A stretch of DNA of 64,000 nt from Candidatus Babeliales bacterium (GCA_963743635.1 CAVUQO010000003.1:256001-320000); one strand, 5' to 3'; positions 1 to 10,600 are shown, numbered from the stretch's first letter. Translations and numbers: made by a program. Notes: generated by a model from the sequence alone, not told the origin.

Positions 1-360
1 GAGGTGAAGCGTCAGTCTGTGATAGGCCTTGAGGATTCACAAAAGACAAAGATGGAGTTTGTATGGAATTGCATTACTACTGTAGCAGATCAAATGCCTG
101 ACCCACATCCTGCTCCTAAAGTCCGTGAAGCATATATGAGAGAGGTTGCAGCATTGATCAAACGTTTGGGCGGATCGATCAGCAATGATGAAATGAATGC
201 TATGATAGCTATTATTGCAACTCGTGTATGCATGGATAAAGGTTTCGGTATAACCGATGAATTTGTGCAATTGACTGGTTTAAAAAAGGCGTGCACATCA
301 CCACGCATCGTGGAGCATATACAATTACCCGCGTCCCCAGCAGCATGCGGCGAGCGGTAA
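1..360 (+). CDS. 3' part of a hypothetical protein, paralog of the 751-1905 HExxH protein (5' end outside window)
   Basis: Frame is open from the window start. Tail HP..R..Y..EV.AL...GS.S..E..AMI.IIA.RVC...EF..L..L.KA.T.PRI aligns by eye with the C-terminus of 751-1905. Confidence 0.75.
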   Translation, partial: EVKRQSVIGLEDSQKTKMEFVWNCITTVADQMPDPHPAPKVREAYMREVAALIKRLGGSISNDEMNAMIAIIATRVCMDKGFGITDEFVQLTGLKKACTSPRIVEHIQLPASPAACGER

Positions 361-392
361 AAGCGAATCTACGAAATAGAAATGAAAATATT

Positions 393-418
393 AAGGCTCA
401 TCTTACGATGGGCCTTTT
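393..418 (+). terminator. Rho-independent terminator
   Basis: AAGGCTCATC-TTAC-GATGGGCCTT hairpin followed by Ts, downstream of the stop at 360. Confidence 0.6.
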
Positions 419-444
419 CTATGTTCAACCCATCACGCGTAAAT

Positions 445-668
445 GAGCGAATTGTGAAATTCGGGTAACTAAAGATGACTATGTTATTGTATTCCGTTAT
501 CCTTCGCCACATTCTTCGCTTCATATTCATTCATCTCAGAACACTCAGGACGAGCGGAAATGACAACCTTTCCCCGTTCGCCCTGAGTGATTTTTATTTT
601 TGTCCGAAGGATAAAATAAAAATTGTGGCGAAGGGTAAGGGAATGCAGCGCCTTGAATATCACAATCC
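445..668. repeat. Composite palindromic element: family I inverted doublet inside MITE-like terminal inverted repeats
   Basis: Arms ATCCTTCG...CTCAGGACGAGCGG and CCGTTCGCCCTGAG...GGCGAAGGG. 571-641 is nearly identical to 5064-5133. Left end GAGCGAATTGTGAAATTC at 445-462. Confidence 0.85.
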
Positions 669-750
669 ATCACGCGCGCATCAACCTTCTGTACATCGGG
701 CATCCCACTATGGTATGAATGCAGTATCTGAAGATGTTATCTAAAAGGGG

Positions 751-1905
751 ATGATGATGAGTAATTATATGGTATTGATCGCAGCGATGATGTCGGCATT
801 GAATGTGAGTGATGCGTCTGATCGCACGTTAGCGCATCGCAATGCGTCAGTATGGAGCCGTATATGCGCACGGCGTGATGCTGTACTTAAAACTGCCGCA
901 GAGCAACGGCTGCAGCATGATGCCATTTGTAAGTTGATGCTGCCCATATTTGGCGAGGCGTTTGAGCGGGGTGTTGCAGAACGGCGCGCGATATTAGGCG
1001 CTGATAAAAATCATTTTTGCAATGCCACCAATCCTTCGCAAGGCATTCAAGCGGAGGTTGCCGCGATAATGCATTCAAACGCATTGTACCGTGGAAAAAA
1101 AACAACTGACGTCGGCATCCTCGATATCTATAAGATTGATTTCTCGCGCTATTATAGAGGCACATCGCCCTTATTTTTGATACATTCTCCGCAGGTATAT
1201 CCGCTTTTAAAAAAGTTGTTTCCGCACGTAAAGGCGGTTATTGGCTTTGACCCGCGATCGGTATTAACGCAGGCGCAGTTGGATTCTGCGGTCGGTCATG
1301 AACTTGCGCATATGATGCAACGCACCGTTCATGTACAAAAAGGACAAGCGTGTTTATGGCAGTTTATAGAAGTAGATGCAGATATTAAGAATATATGTAC
1401 GCAATATCATGACGGTTCGTGGCGATTACGCGAACATGCACTGCAACTCATAGAAAATTTTTATTCATTGTTAGTGCAAGAAGATATCTATGCAATCGAT
1501 AAACTGACCGCCGATTTAGAGGGAACAAAGAAGACTGAAATGGAAGCATTGTGCTATGGTGCATTGCGATTATATCGCATTGATCATCCAACGTGTCAGG
1601 ATCGCAAAGATTATTTGTATGAGGTGGTAGCGCTTATGGATTCTATGGACGGATCGATGAGTGATACAGAGTTTGTGGCCATGATAGGCATCATTGCCGC
1701 ACGGGTGTGTGTTGCCATGCAGTTAACGGTAAATAATGAGTTTCTCGAGTTGGCACAATTAGAGAAAGCGCGCACATTGCCACGCATCATGCAGTATATG
1801 CAAATCCCGCACGTAACGGTGAGCAATCAACGATACAATACGCGAGCAAGAGATTTTCAAGTGCATGCTAATCAGAATCGATTTTTTTGCTGCGCATTGC
1901 CTTAA
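751..1905 (+). CDS. Putative secreted HExxH (M48-like) zinc metalloprotease
   Basis: N-terminal hydrophobic signal; GHELAH; later E..AD and DHPT..DR motifs typical of M48-like peptidases. Confidence 0.65.
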   Translation: MMMSNYMVLIAAMMSALNVSDASDRTLAHRNASVWSRICARRDAVLKTAAEQRLQHDAICKLMLPIFGEAFERGVAERRAILGADKNHFCNATNPSQGIQAEVAAIMHSNALYRGKKTTDVGILDIYKIDFSRYYRGTSPLFLIHSPQVYPLLKKLFPHVKAVIGFDPRSVLTQAQLDSAVGHELAHMMQRTVHVQKGQACLWQFIEVDADIKNICTQYHDGSWRLREHALQLIENFYSLLVQEDIYAIDKLTADLEGTKKTEMEALCYGALRLYRIDHPTCQDRKDYLYEVVALMDSMDGSMSDTEFVAMIGIIAARVCVAMQLTVNNEFLELAQLEKARTLPRIMQYMQIPHVTVSNQRYNTRARDFQVHANQNRFFCCALP

Positions 1906-2299
1906 TCGAGCCCCGCCTCTTTTTTTCCTGCAGACGTGATTCAGTAGCCGATTTAGGCACTTTCACTTTCATGCGTTTTTTCTGAACGTGTAATGCCTTG
2001 CGTATTTTTTGCGCCAAGTTATCGAGCGCGAGCTGTTTATTCTGCGCCTGACTCCGTGAGGTGCTATTGCTGACTAATATATCTCCCTCACTCGTGAGTT
2101 CAGAGTGTAGGCGTTCGAGCACCTGCAGTTTTTGAGCATCATTGAGTACTTGCGTTTGCTGCACATTCCAACGCACCGTGATGCGGGAACTTGTCTTATT
2201 TACATGCTGCCCGCCCGGCCCGCCTGATCGGCTGGCGGTTATTTCCAACTCATGGCTCGGTATCACGATACCATTCTTTATTGGTAAATCATCTTTCAT
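1868..2299 (-). CDS. arfB: Alternative ribosome-rescue peptidyl-tRNA hydrolase ArfB
   Basis: SRSGGPGGQHVNKTSS (GGQ), RSQAQN and a basic C-terminal tail. Start moved to MKDDL. Confidence 0.93.
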   Translation of the reverse strand: MKDDLPIKNGIVIPSHELEITASRSGGPGGQHVNKTSSRITVRWNVQQTQVLNDAQKLQVLERLHSELTSEGDILVSNSTSRSQAQNKQLALDNLAQKIRKALHVQKKRMKVKVPKSATESRLQEKKRRGSIKAMRSKKIDSD

Positions 2300-2500
2300 G
2301 AAAATCCTTTTTATTATCCTGCGTATAGCCATAGTTACTTATGGTATGAGCAGCTTACCCTGTTTGCCCACTTGCCTTCAAGTAAAAAGGGGCTTCGGGT
2401 TCCCTTTTGGGGCTAAAAATCTTTTAAAAAGGGTTTTTTTTGATATGATGGTACATGTCTAAAAAAATATAATTTAAAGCCATATAATAGATAGGATTTT

Positions 2501-3466
2501 ATGAATTTTATTAAAAAAACAGCGATATTAGCCTTTATTTTAGGGCTTATTGCCCAATCATCGGCACTTGCAGATAATAAGTACTGGCAAGAATTTAAGC
2601 AGTTCAAAGAAAACCCTTCGTATAACCTTGTATTTGATCGCGATGCGGTGACTGCTGTAAAAGCAATTGCTAAAGATCTTCAGAACGCAAAGCAGGTAGG
2701 GTTCTTGAGCCGTTTCATGCGGCCTGTGATTAGTATGGTGGATGGTGTAGTTGTTACGGCTGAAACCATGCCCATGCTGTATGGATATATCGATACCTTA
2801 TGCAAGAACAATAATATTGCTACTCCCGTTATTACCGTAACTCAAAATAAAGGTATTTTTAACGCGGCAGCACAAAAGATTTTAATGACCACTGGTGCCA
2901 TATTTATTGGTCAGGATATGCTCAAAGAACTGACTGATGATGGAATTGAGGCGATAGTAGCACATGAAATAGGGCATATTAAATATAATCATGTGAATAA
3001 AATGCTCGCTTTATCATATGCGCGGCTTTTTGTTCTGCATTCATATTTCAAGAACACACTCTCTCCAAATGAGATTATTGCATTACATCTAACGTTGCCA
3101 TTCTTTTTAATAGGTAAAAGATTCGAACGACAAGCAGATGAATTCGCATGCAGGCAAGCAGGACGTGCAGAGGGTATTGTGAGCTCGTTTGAATACATGC
3201 TTAAAAAAGAAAAGAAGCAGGATGCTGATTTTGTTGAACTTTATAGTGCATTACAAAAGGGTTCCTCCGAGATTAATCTGATTGATACCGCAACGCTTTG
3301 GACGCGTTATTACTTGGCTACGGTAGGGCATCAAATTGGGCGTGGGATCGAGTGGATGTATCATAATACGATATTAGGGGCTCATCCAAGTCATGAAGCA
3401 CGTATTGAAAGTGCGAAACGCATTTTGGCTGAAGAAGCATCATTAGAAGAAGTCCCCGCTGCATAA
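2501..3466 (+). CDS. M48 family (HtpX-like) metalloprotease with signal peptide
   Basis: FNAAA, AIVAHEIGH, ERQADEFA and HPSHEARI motifs. Confidence 0.85.
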   Translation: MNFIKKTAILAFILGLIAQSSALADNKYWQEFKQFKENPSYNLVFDRDAVTAVKAIAKDLQNAKQVGFLSRFMRPVISMVDGVVVTAETMPMLYGYIDTLCKNNNIATPVITVTQNKGIFNAAAQKILMTTGAIFIGQDMLKELTDDGIEAIVAHEIGHIKYNHVNKMLALSYARLFVLHSYFKNTLSPNEIIALHLTLPFFLIGKRFERQADEFACRQAGRAEGIVSSFEYMLKKEKKQDADFVELYSALQKGSSEINLIDTATLWTRYYLATVGHQIGRGIEWMYHNTILGAHPSHEARIESAKRILAEEASLEEVPAA

Positions 3467-3487
3467 ATAATTACCGCAATAATAAAC

Positions 3488-3522
3488 AAAAAAGCCCCTT
3501 GTGAAAACAGGGGGCTTTTTTT
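3488..3522. terminator. Bidirectional Rho-independent terminator
   Basis: AAAAAAGCCCCT...AGGGGGCTTTTTTT between convergent genes. Confidence 0.8.
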
Positions 3523-3528
3523 ATAGAT

Positions 3529-4125
3529 TTACTCGCTACGATTTCGCGTATACTTACCGGTCATAACAGTCTCAGCAAGGATCTGGGATCCCATATGCTT
3601 GCGAAATGCATCGGCAGTGAATGGATTTTTAAAGAAATCATTCACCATAGATGTTGTTGGCTCAGTTGTTGCAAAAAGTGTGCATCGATAGGTGTGTGTG
3701 CCATGAGGAGGGCATGGGCCGCCATAATAGTGGTGTCCAAAATCGTTCGGCAATTCTCGAGTTGAGCTGTTTTCAGAAGGAACCATGGATCCGCCATTGA
3801 ATGAAAAACCTTCAGCAAGTTCAGTGATATTTGGAGACATTAATACAATCCAATGTACGAATGTTTTGCCGGTAACTTTTTGTGCATCCGGATCATCGAT
3901 AATCAAAACATAACTTTTTAGATTTTCCGCAGTTAGTTTATCCCACGTAAAGTGAGGTGAAATATTTTCACCATCGCACGTATATTTTCGTGGGATTGCT
4001 CCACCATTAGTAAATGAATCGCTCGTAAGCATGAGTGGTTGTTTCATAGACTTTCCTAAAATAAAATAGGTTAACATTCCCATAATGATTGCAATAACGA
4101 GAAGCAGTATGGTGTCTTTCTTCAT
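3529..4125 (-). CDS. YbhB/YbcL family (PEBP, Raf kinase inhibitor-like) protein with N-terminal membrane anchor
   Basis: YTCDGENISP, DDPDA, FVHW and YGGPCPPHGTHTY motifs. Start moved to MKKDT. Confidence 0.9.
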   Translation of the reverse strand: MKKDTILLLVIAIIMGMLTYFILGKSMKQPLMLTSDSFTNGGAIPRKYTCDGENISPHFTWDKLTAENLKSYVLIIDDPDAQKVTGKTFVHWIVLMSPNITELAEGFSFNGGSMVPSENSSTRELPNDFGHHYYGGPCPPHGTHTYRCTLFATTEPTTSMVNDFFKNPFTADAFRKHMGSQILAETVMTGKYTRNRSE

Positions 4126-4263
4126 AGTGATAGTTATCCAAGTAATGGAGGTTGTTGGTTCCATGTTTTGCGTCGTATCGCTATAGATATTGCAAGAATT
4201 GCATCTCCTTTGCAAGACTTGCCAAGAGGATGTCTTTCAAATCAAGTAACTAAGGGGGTGTTT

Positions 4264-4956
4264 ATGAAAATTACTATTTTGGGAACGCGTGGAGAAATTG
4301 AAGAGTCGGCTCCCTATCACTCAAAACAATCAGGCGTGCTTATTGATGATAGGATAATGCTCGATTGTGGCGATGAACGATTTTTAGCATGCCATCCGCG
4401 CTACATTTTAATTACCCACTTGCATCCTGATCATGCTTTTTTTGTACGCGCTGGGCATTTTGCCATTCCAGATGCATCGGTATATGCGCCAGATCCTTTT
4501 CAGAATGCGCCTATTACGCGTACAACCAAGCCATTTATGCTTGAAGATTATCGCATAACGCCCATTCCTACGATCCATAGCATCAAGGTTAAATCAAATG
4601 CCTATCTGATAGAGCATAAGAAAAAACGCATCCTCTATACTGGTGACATGATCTGGATTGAAAAAGAGTACCATCATTTGTTGCACGATCTTGATCTCGT
4701 TATTACCGAGGCGAGTTACATGCGCCGTGGAGGCTTGGTGCGCCGAGATCCCAAAACGGGCAATATTTACGGGCATACAGGAGTCCCCAATCTTATTGCA
4801 TTATTTGCACAATATACACCATCCATCGTGCTTACGCATTTTGGGGCCTGGTTTTACAAAGATATGAAAGAGGGCCGTAGGAAATGTATGCAACTTGGCC
4901 GTGAGTATGAGGTGGAAGTTATTGTTGGGTATGATGGATTAGAGCTGACGGTTTAG
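4264..4956 (+). CDS. MBL-fold metallo-hydrolase
   Basis: MKITILGT, THLHPDH, YTGD and LTH motifs; SD AAGGGGG upstream of 4264. Confidence 0.88.
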   Translation: MKITILGTRGEIEESAPYHSKQSGVLIDDRIMLDCGDERFLACHPRYILITHLHPDHAFFVRAGHFAIPDASVYAPDPFQNAPITRTTKPFMLEDYRITPIPTIHSIKVKSNAYLIEHKKKRILYTGDMIWIEKEYHHLLHDLDLVITEASYMRRGGLVRRDPKTGNIYGHTGVPNLIALFAQYTPSIVLTHFGAWFYKDMKEGRRKCMQLGREYEVEVIVGYDGLELTV

Positions 4957-5167
4957 AACGAATTGTGTGGCTCGCGTTACTGTACTCCCCGCACCCATTT
5001 GAGACATTTTTCATTCGCTTCACTTATAAAAAATCCTCAGGGCGAACGCGGAAAAAATATCCCTCCCCGTTCGCCCTGAGTGATTTTTATTTTTGTCCGA
5101 AGGATAAAATAAAATTGTGGCGAAGGGTAAGGGGAAGAGAACGTCTTGAATTTCACAATTCGCTCTA
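4954..5167. repeat. Composite palindromic element with MITE-like ends TAGAACGAATTGTG...CACAATTCGCTCTA
   Basis: Family I doublet at about 4994-5051 and 5064-5127. 5148-5165 is the exact reverse complement of 445-462. Confidence 0.85.
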
Positions 5168-5220
5168 TATTACTCCTTTATTGCTTTGCATCAGCTCATT
5201 TGTATACCCTTTAAAAAAAA

Positions 5221-7791
5221 ATGAATAATCAAAATAAAGAGAAGAAGAGTATGTTATTTAAACAGTACGCCTTAAAAACTGCCGATGCGATTCTAGCCGA
5301 GTTCGGCAGCAGTCTATCGCAAGGCCTATCAACTCAAGGTGTTGCGCAGAAGATACAGCAGTTCGGACACAATCAACAGCACGAAAAAGAGTCATCCTGG
5401 TGGCATATCGTATGGCACCATGCGACTTCGATGTTTGTGATTCTTTTTTGTATGATCGATATTCTCTTTCTTTGTTTAGGAGAATGGTCAAACGCGATCA
5501 TCGTATTACTGCTTATCATCATCAATATTTGTGTTGGGTGCTATCAAGAATTTAAGGCAAGTAAAACAATTAAGCTCTTAAAAAAACATATAGAAAACCT
5601 TACATGGGTGCTGCGCGACGGTAAAAAAATAGAAATAGCAAACACCGAATTAGTTCCTGGTGACATTGTATTTTTAAACATCGGGGACATTGTACCTGCC
5701 GACATTCGCATTCTCAAAGAGCATAATCTCATGATTGATGAAGCGCTGATCACGGGCGAATCGGTATCGATAAAAAAGACTGATAAAATCCTGGATGAAG
5801 AGCCAGATTTATTCAAAGCATTTAATATTGCATTCACCGGGACGCTTGTGGTTGACGGGGAGGCGACCGGCATCATCTTTGCAACGGCAAAAAATACTAT
5901 CTTCGGCTCACTGGTACAACATTCATATCGATCATGGCAGGAAAGTACCCTTGAAAAAGCGGTCATTCAACTAAGTAAATTTATCTTTGTGCTGAGCATG
6001 GTGAGTTTGGTTTGTATTGGGGTTGGTAACATCGTAGTGAGAGGTTATGCGGGTTTTAACGTCATTGAATTGCTCGTATTTGCAACCGCACTTATGATCT
6101 GCTTGGTTCCTGAAGCATTACCCATTGTAGTCACCTTTAATTTATCACTCTGCGTGAGACGACTTATCAAAATGAATGTCGTGGTAAAACGATTATCGGC
6201 ATTGGAAGATTTTGGTGCGGTGGAAATATTATGCGTTGATAAAACAGGTACATTGACGGAACAAAAGCTTAAAGTAGCAAACACGTTTAGCCGCGATCTT
6301 GATGCATTGCGCATGTATAGTTCATTTAGTTTGCTGCCGCAAGATCATCAAAGTAAAAACAGTTTTGAAATGGCGCTTGAAGAATATCTGATGCAAGAAT
6401 ATCCAGCGGTATTAACCCAAGCAGCCGATGAATATGAATTTGTGAGCAGTACTCCCTTCGATCCGGACCGTCGCCGTTCTGGTATTTTTGTGCGGCGTAA
6501 GAACAGTTCTGACTATTTTTATGTCTTACGCGGCGCGTATGAGATGATGGAAACGGTATGTTTTCCTGCAAACAGCGAGGCGAAAGAATGGATTTCGCAG
6601 GAAGGCGCAAAAGGGCATAGAACACTTGCCGTTGCGGTAAAAGCCTTAAGTGCTGTGCCCGATGATCTCATTAAGGAAGAACGGAATTTCACGCTCGTAG
6701 GATTATTAGCATTCTCAGATCCTATTAAAAGAACGGCTGCCGTTGCCATCGATCAAGCGCGTAACTTGGGCATTCAAATAAAAGTTATTAGTGGTGATGC
6801 GCCAGAAGTATGTGGTGCCGTTGCGCATGAATTGCTCTTGGTAGATGATCCTAAAAAAGTAGTGACTTCAAAAATGTTAGAACAAGCATCAGCGCAGGAA
6901 AAAGAGATTCTCGTCACTGAAGGTTCTGTATTTTCGCGCGTATTGCCTGATCAAAAAGCAGAGATTGTCCAAATATTGAAGCGAACGAAGCGCGTAGCAT
7001 TCATGGGTGATGGACTCAATGATTTACCAGCTTTAATGACTTCTGACGTCGCACTTGTGGTACAAGGATGCCCTGATGTGGTGCGCGAAGCGGGGGATAT
7101 TGTGTTACTCAATCGGAGTCTCCTTTCAGTGATTCAGGCAATTAAGGAAGGCAGAACGGTACTTGCTAATACCATGAAATATATAAAAACAACCTTTTCG
7201 CCGAGCTTTGGCCACTTTTATGCACTGACTATTGCATCATTATTTGTCAGTTATATGCCGATGCGCGCGATACAAATTTTACTCTTAAATTTTTTTAGCG
7301 ACTTCCCGATGATTGCGCTTGCAACAGATACGGTTGAGCCGGAAGAATTGAATCGCCCACAACAATATAATCTACGCAGCATCTTATTTATATCGGTCAT
7401 ACTTGGGCTCGTCACGATGCTCTTTGATTTCATCTGCTTCTCTTATTTTATAAAAAAATCGGAAAGCGCCTTGCAAACTGGTTGGTTTATAGAAACGATG
7501 CTCACCGAGATACTCTTTATTTTTGCCATTCGTTCACGAAAAGTATTCTTTCAAGCGCAACGTCCCTCATTCACATTGGGAATTTGTGCGCTTCTCGTTG
7601 CGATTGGCACGCTGATAGTTCCCTATACTGAAATTGGCCAACGCCTCTTTTATTTCACGGCTCTTGATGCGCGCTCGCTGGGCTTTGTGTTTGGCTTGGT
7701 GATTTTATATTTCCTCTGTGTTGAGGTGATTAAATATCTCTATTATCACAGTGCCTATTTTAAAAATAATAGTGGTACGAGGTCTGTGTAG
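5221..7791 (+). CDS. mgtA: P-type ATPase, magnesium-translocating (MgtA-like)
   Basis: TGES, PEALP, DKTGT, GDGLND and LLLNFFSDFP motifs; about 10 TM segments. Confidence 0.85.
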   Translation: MNNQNKEKKSMLFKQYALKTADAILAEFGSSLSQGLSTQGVAQKIQQFGHNQQHEKESSWWHIVWHHATSMFVILFCMIDILFLCLGEWSNAIIVLLLIIINICVGCYQEFKASKTIKLLKKHIENLTWVLRDGKKIEIANTELVPGDIVFLNIGDIVPADIRILKEHNLMIDEALITGESVSIKKTDKILDEEPDLFKAFNIAFTGTLVVDGEATGIIFATAKNTIFGSLVQHSYRSWQESTLEKAVIQLSKFIFVLSMVSLVCIGVGNIVVRGYAGFNVIELLVFATALMICLVPEALPIVVTFNLSLCVRRLIKMNVVVKRLSALEDFGAVEILCVDKTGTLTEQKLKVANTFSRDLDALRMYSSFSLLPQDHQSKNSFEMALEEYLMQEYPAVLTQAADEYEFVSSTPFDPDRRRSGIFVRRKNSSDYFYVLRGAYEMMETVCFPANSEAKEWISQEGAKGHRTLAVAVKALSAVPDDLIKEERNFTLVGLLAFSDPIKRTAAVAIDQARNLGIQIKVISGDAPEVCGAVAHELLLVDDPKKVVTSKMLEQASAQEKEILVTEGSVFSRVLPDQKAEIVQILKRTKRVAFMGDGLNDLPALMTSDVALVVQGCPDVVREAGDIVLLNRSLLSVIQAIKEGRTVLANTMKYIKTTFSPSFGHFYALTIASLFVSYMPMRAIQILLLNFFSDFPMIALATDTVEPEELNRPQQYNLRSILFISVILGLVTMLFDFICFSYFIKKSESALQTGWFIETMLTEILFIFAIRSRKVFFQAQRPSFTLGICALLVAIGTLIVPYTEIGQRLFYFTALDARSLGFVFGLVILYFLCVEVIKYLYYHSAYFKNNSGTRSV

Positions 7792-7799
7792 GAGTATTT

Positions 7800-7989
7800 A
7801 TCCCTTATGTCCCGCGTTACGCTTCGCTACTAGGGACGAACGGGAGTGGATATTTGTTTCAAGAATCAGGTTTTTTCATATGAATTTTTTATGTTTTTTT
7901 TCCTTTAATAATGCTTAATTCAACTGAAGATTTCCATCCCCGTTCGTCCCTAGTAGCCCGCAAGGGCATAACGCGGGATATAAGGGGAT
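7800..7989. repeat. Family I variant inverted doublet with AT-rich spacer
   Basis: 7800-7845 ATCCCTTATGTCCCGCGTTA...CTACTAGGGACGAACGGG pairs with 7937-7989 CCCGTTCGTCCCTAGTAG...TAACGCGGGATATAAGGG. Confidence 0.85.
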
Positions 7990-8164
7990 CAATAGCTTTA
8001 AAGTAAAATCAGAAAGTGAGAATTCAAAGATGTGGGTAATAGATAGAGAGGAGGAGCGGGGAAATAAGATTAATATGTTGTTGGGATCATTGTTGACCTT
8101 CCGCGAGTCGTAGGCTATCCTCGCCAGTATCCATATTTTTCACCTTCTTCACATTGAGGTTCTA

Positions 8165-9589
8165 ATGTCTCGTTCTATTCGCTTACTCTTATTGATAGTG
8201 ATATCAATTAACATTCTAGGTATAAATGCCGCGCGCGCAGCAGATCATACTATTGCCGTGTTAGGCTTGGGCGGTCGAAGTCAATTCATGCTTTTGGAAT
8301 GTTTGCAGTGCAGGCAAAATATTCGCGTGGTTGCAGTGTGTGATGATCATGGTAATGAATCACTGAACTGGTTTGCGCGTAACACCCTTCAAAGAAGAGC
8401 AACCCCCTCTTTAGTGCAGGCATACGCCAAAATATTTGAGCGTGCTTCCTTATATCCGGATACTGAAGACGGCATTAAAAAAATGTTCAAAGATAATCCT
8501 CAGATTGATACCGTTTTTATCACTTCTTCCAATGATAAACATTTCCAACATTTGAATGCAGTTCTTGCGTATTCTGACTGCAAAAATATTTATATCGAAA
8601 AGCCGCTCTTTCGCACTCTTGATGAGTTTCAACGCTTTAGTGCTGCAGCGCATAAAGATGTTACCATCTCAGTCGGTCTTACGCTTCGCTATGCGCAGAT
8701 GACCAAAATCATTACCGATACACTGCAAGAGCATCGAGAACAACTTGGCGCATTACAAAAAATGAAATCATGGGAACGTCTTAGTTTTGGTCATGGATTA
8801 ACGATTATTATGATGAACTGGCGCCGATTTATTAGCCAATCAGGCGGCCTTCTTTTAGAGAAATCGATTCACGATTTAGATTTGGGTCTCTTTTTTATGC
8901 GCGCTGCGGGATTTGAGCCTCAAGAGATTGTGATCAATACGCAAGCGGAACATCGTCTCTTTAAAAAATCTCAGAAAAAAAAGTTACTCAGAACTGTTGC
9001 AGAAGATAGGGATCTGCAGGAATCGCTCGTGCGTTGGATTGGCATACCCTTTCAGCGCGTAGTTCCCTTTATTGCCGATAAAGATGGTTATCTTGATATT
9101 GCAGGAACCATAGAAAAAGTTTTTGAAGATTTCCCTGATAACGATAATTTTAAAAAATCTGATATTATTCCCGATCATCAAGTGCTCTCTGCTAGCTGTA
9201 AAAATGCCTCTGGCGCATCGGTAGACTTTGAACTTGAAGTTGATATGAGTGGCTTGAGAACTAAGGCTGAGCGTGGCATACGGTTTGAATTCGAGCGCGG
9301 TACGGTGGTAGTTGACATCATGGAAAGTATTATGACAGTTACAACGCATGATGGCACAATGCGCACCATTGATTTACAAACTAATAATAGCATGCATGCA
9401 GGCGGCGATGCGTATATCGCGCAGCTTCTCTTGGGAGTGCTGCCTGATAGGCATTATCGCGCAACATTCAATGATGAGACCGTGCAACTTGCGACGTTCA
9501 TGGGGCTCATTTGCGAGCAACAGGCGATTGGCAAACGTAAGCAGGGCGCGCGCATCAAAAAAGGCAGTAACAATAAATGGTCTTTATAA
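8165..9589 (+). CDS. Gfo/Idh/MocA family oxidoreductase with N-terminal signal-like segment
   Basis: IAVLGLGGR Rossmann motif, IYIEKP, GGLLLEKSIHDLD and HAGGD. Confidence 0.85.
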   Translation: MSRSIRLLLLIVISINILGINAARAADHTIAVLGLGGRSQFMLLECLQCRQNIRVVAVCDDHGNESLNWFARNTLQRRATPSLVQAYAKIFERASLYPDTEDGIKKMFKDNPQIDTVFITSSNDKHFQHLNAVLAYSDCKNIYIEKPLFRTLDEFQRFSAAAHKDVTISVGLTLRYAQMTKIITDTLQEHREQLGALQKMKSWERLSFGHGLTIIMMNWRRFISQSGGLLLEKSIHDLDLGLFFMRAAGFEPQEIVINTQAEHRLFKKSQKKKLLRTVAEDRDLQESLVRWIGIPFQRVVPFIADKDGYLDIAGTIEKVFEDFPDNDNFKKSDIIPDHQVLSASCKNASGASVDFELEVDMSGLRTKAERGIRFEFERGTVVVDIMESIMTVTTHDGTMRTIDLQTNNSMHAGGDAYIAQLLLGVLPDRHYRATFNDETVQLATFMGLICEQQAIGKRKQGARIKKGSNNKWSL

Positions 9590-9607
9590 TATCTAAGGAA
9601 TAAAAAA

Positions 9608-10279
9608 ATGAATAAATATATTGTTGGCATGCTGGTCATGGGCGCGGCAGTTGGTTCTGCGCTCCTCTTTTTCAACAGAATGGAAAATCCTCATTTTGGC
9701 ACCGTGATTGTACTCAATGGACCATCAGGTTCCGGTAAAAGTTCTATTCAACGTGAGTTTCAAAAATTGATGCTTCCCGAACATTTATGGGTAAAAGTTG
9801 GTATTGATAACTTATTTGATATTCCTATGCCAGATATTACTGCAGAAACTATGCATATATGGCAATCGAAAAATCCTATTCGTTGGGTTGAAAGTTCACA
9901 GGATCCTGAGGGCAATGTAATCATCACTTTATTTGTTGGTGAGCAAGGCGAGAAAGTAGTGCGTGGCATGAACAGCGCAATCGCTGCATATGCGCACAAT
10001 GGATGCGATACGATCGTAGATTACATTGCATACAAGCAAGAATGGCTGAAAGATCTAGAAGAAAAACTTGCTGACGTCAAAACATACTATATCGCAGTCG
10101 ACATTCCGCTTGAGGTTCTTGAACAACGTGAAGTTGCACGCGGAACCTCGCCAAAAGGTCATGCCCGCAGCCATTATGACACGGTCTATGGTAGCCGCAA
10201 ATATGATTTGCGTGTAAACTCAGCTGAACATAGTGCACAGGAAATTGCGCAGCAGATAAAGGAATTGCTTGGGAAATAA
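9608..10279 (+). CDS. Chloramphenicol phosphotransferase-like P-loop kinase with N-terminal membrane anchor
   Basis: VIVLNGPSGSGKSS, LEQREVARG..P.GHARSH and YDLRVNS motifs. Confidence 0.8.
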   Translation: MNKYIVGMLVMGAAVGSALLFFNRMENPHFGTVIVLNGPSGSGKSSIQREFQKLMLPEHLWVKVGIDNLFDIPMPDITAETMHIWQSKNPIRWVESSQDPEGNVIITLFVGEQGEKVVRGMNSAIAAYAHNGCDTIVDYIAYKQEWLKDLEEKLADVKTYYIAVDIPLEVLEQREVARGTSPKGHARSHYDTVYGSRKYDLRVNSAEHSAQEIAQQIKELLGK

Positions 10280-10600
10280 GTGCAAGATAAGAAAGAAACG
10301 TTGATGGCATCAAACACAGAAAAATATCGAGAAATCATTGTCCCTATTATTTTAAAGCATTTGCCGGATGCAAAAATTATTCTGTATGGGTCTCGAGCTC
10401 GCAAGCAAGAACGTCCAGGATCTGACATTGATGTTGCTATTGATATGGGTTCAAAAATTGAAGATCATACCATGGCATTAATTCGGGGCGATATAGAAGA
10501 ATCTAATTTGCCGATTCTTTTTGATATTGTTGATTTTAATGCAGTATCAGAGGATATGGTAGAAGCAATTAAAAAGGACGGTGTTATATGGCGGCAATGA
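10280..10600 (+). CDS. Minimal nucleotidyltransferase (MNT) antitoxin
   Basis: LYGSRARKQERPGSDIDV (GSx10DxD); overlaps the downstream HEPN gene. Confidence 0.88.
   Translation: MQDKKETLMASNTEKYREIIVPIILKHLPDAKIILYGSRARKQERPGSDIDVAIDMGSKIEDHTMALIRGDIEESNLPILFDIVDFNAVSEDMVEAIKKDGVIWRQ

Noticed and set aside
475..744. 89-aa ORF, and the similar ORF at 4965-5228 sharing SPFALSDFYFCPKDKIK
   Set aside because: The similarity comes entirely from the palindromic repeat; no SD or protein features.
1868..1905. C-terminal CCALP of 751-1905 as a CaaX prenylation motif
   Set aside because: Pro is an atypical terminal residue, and the segment is constrained by overlap with arfB.
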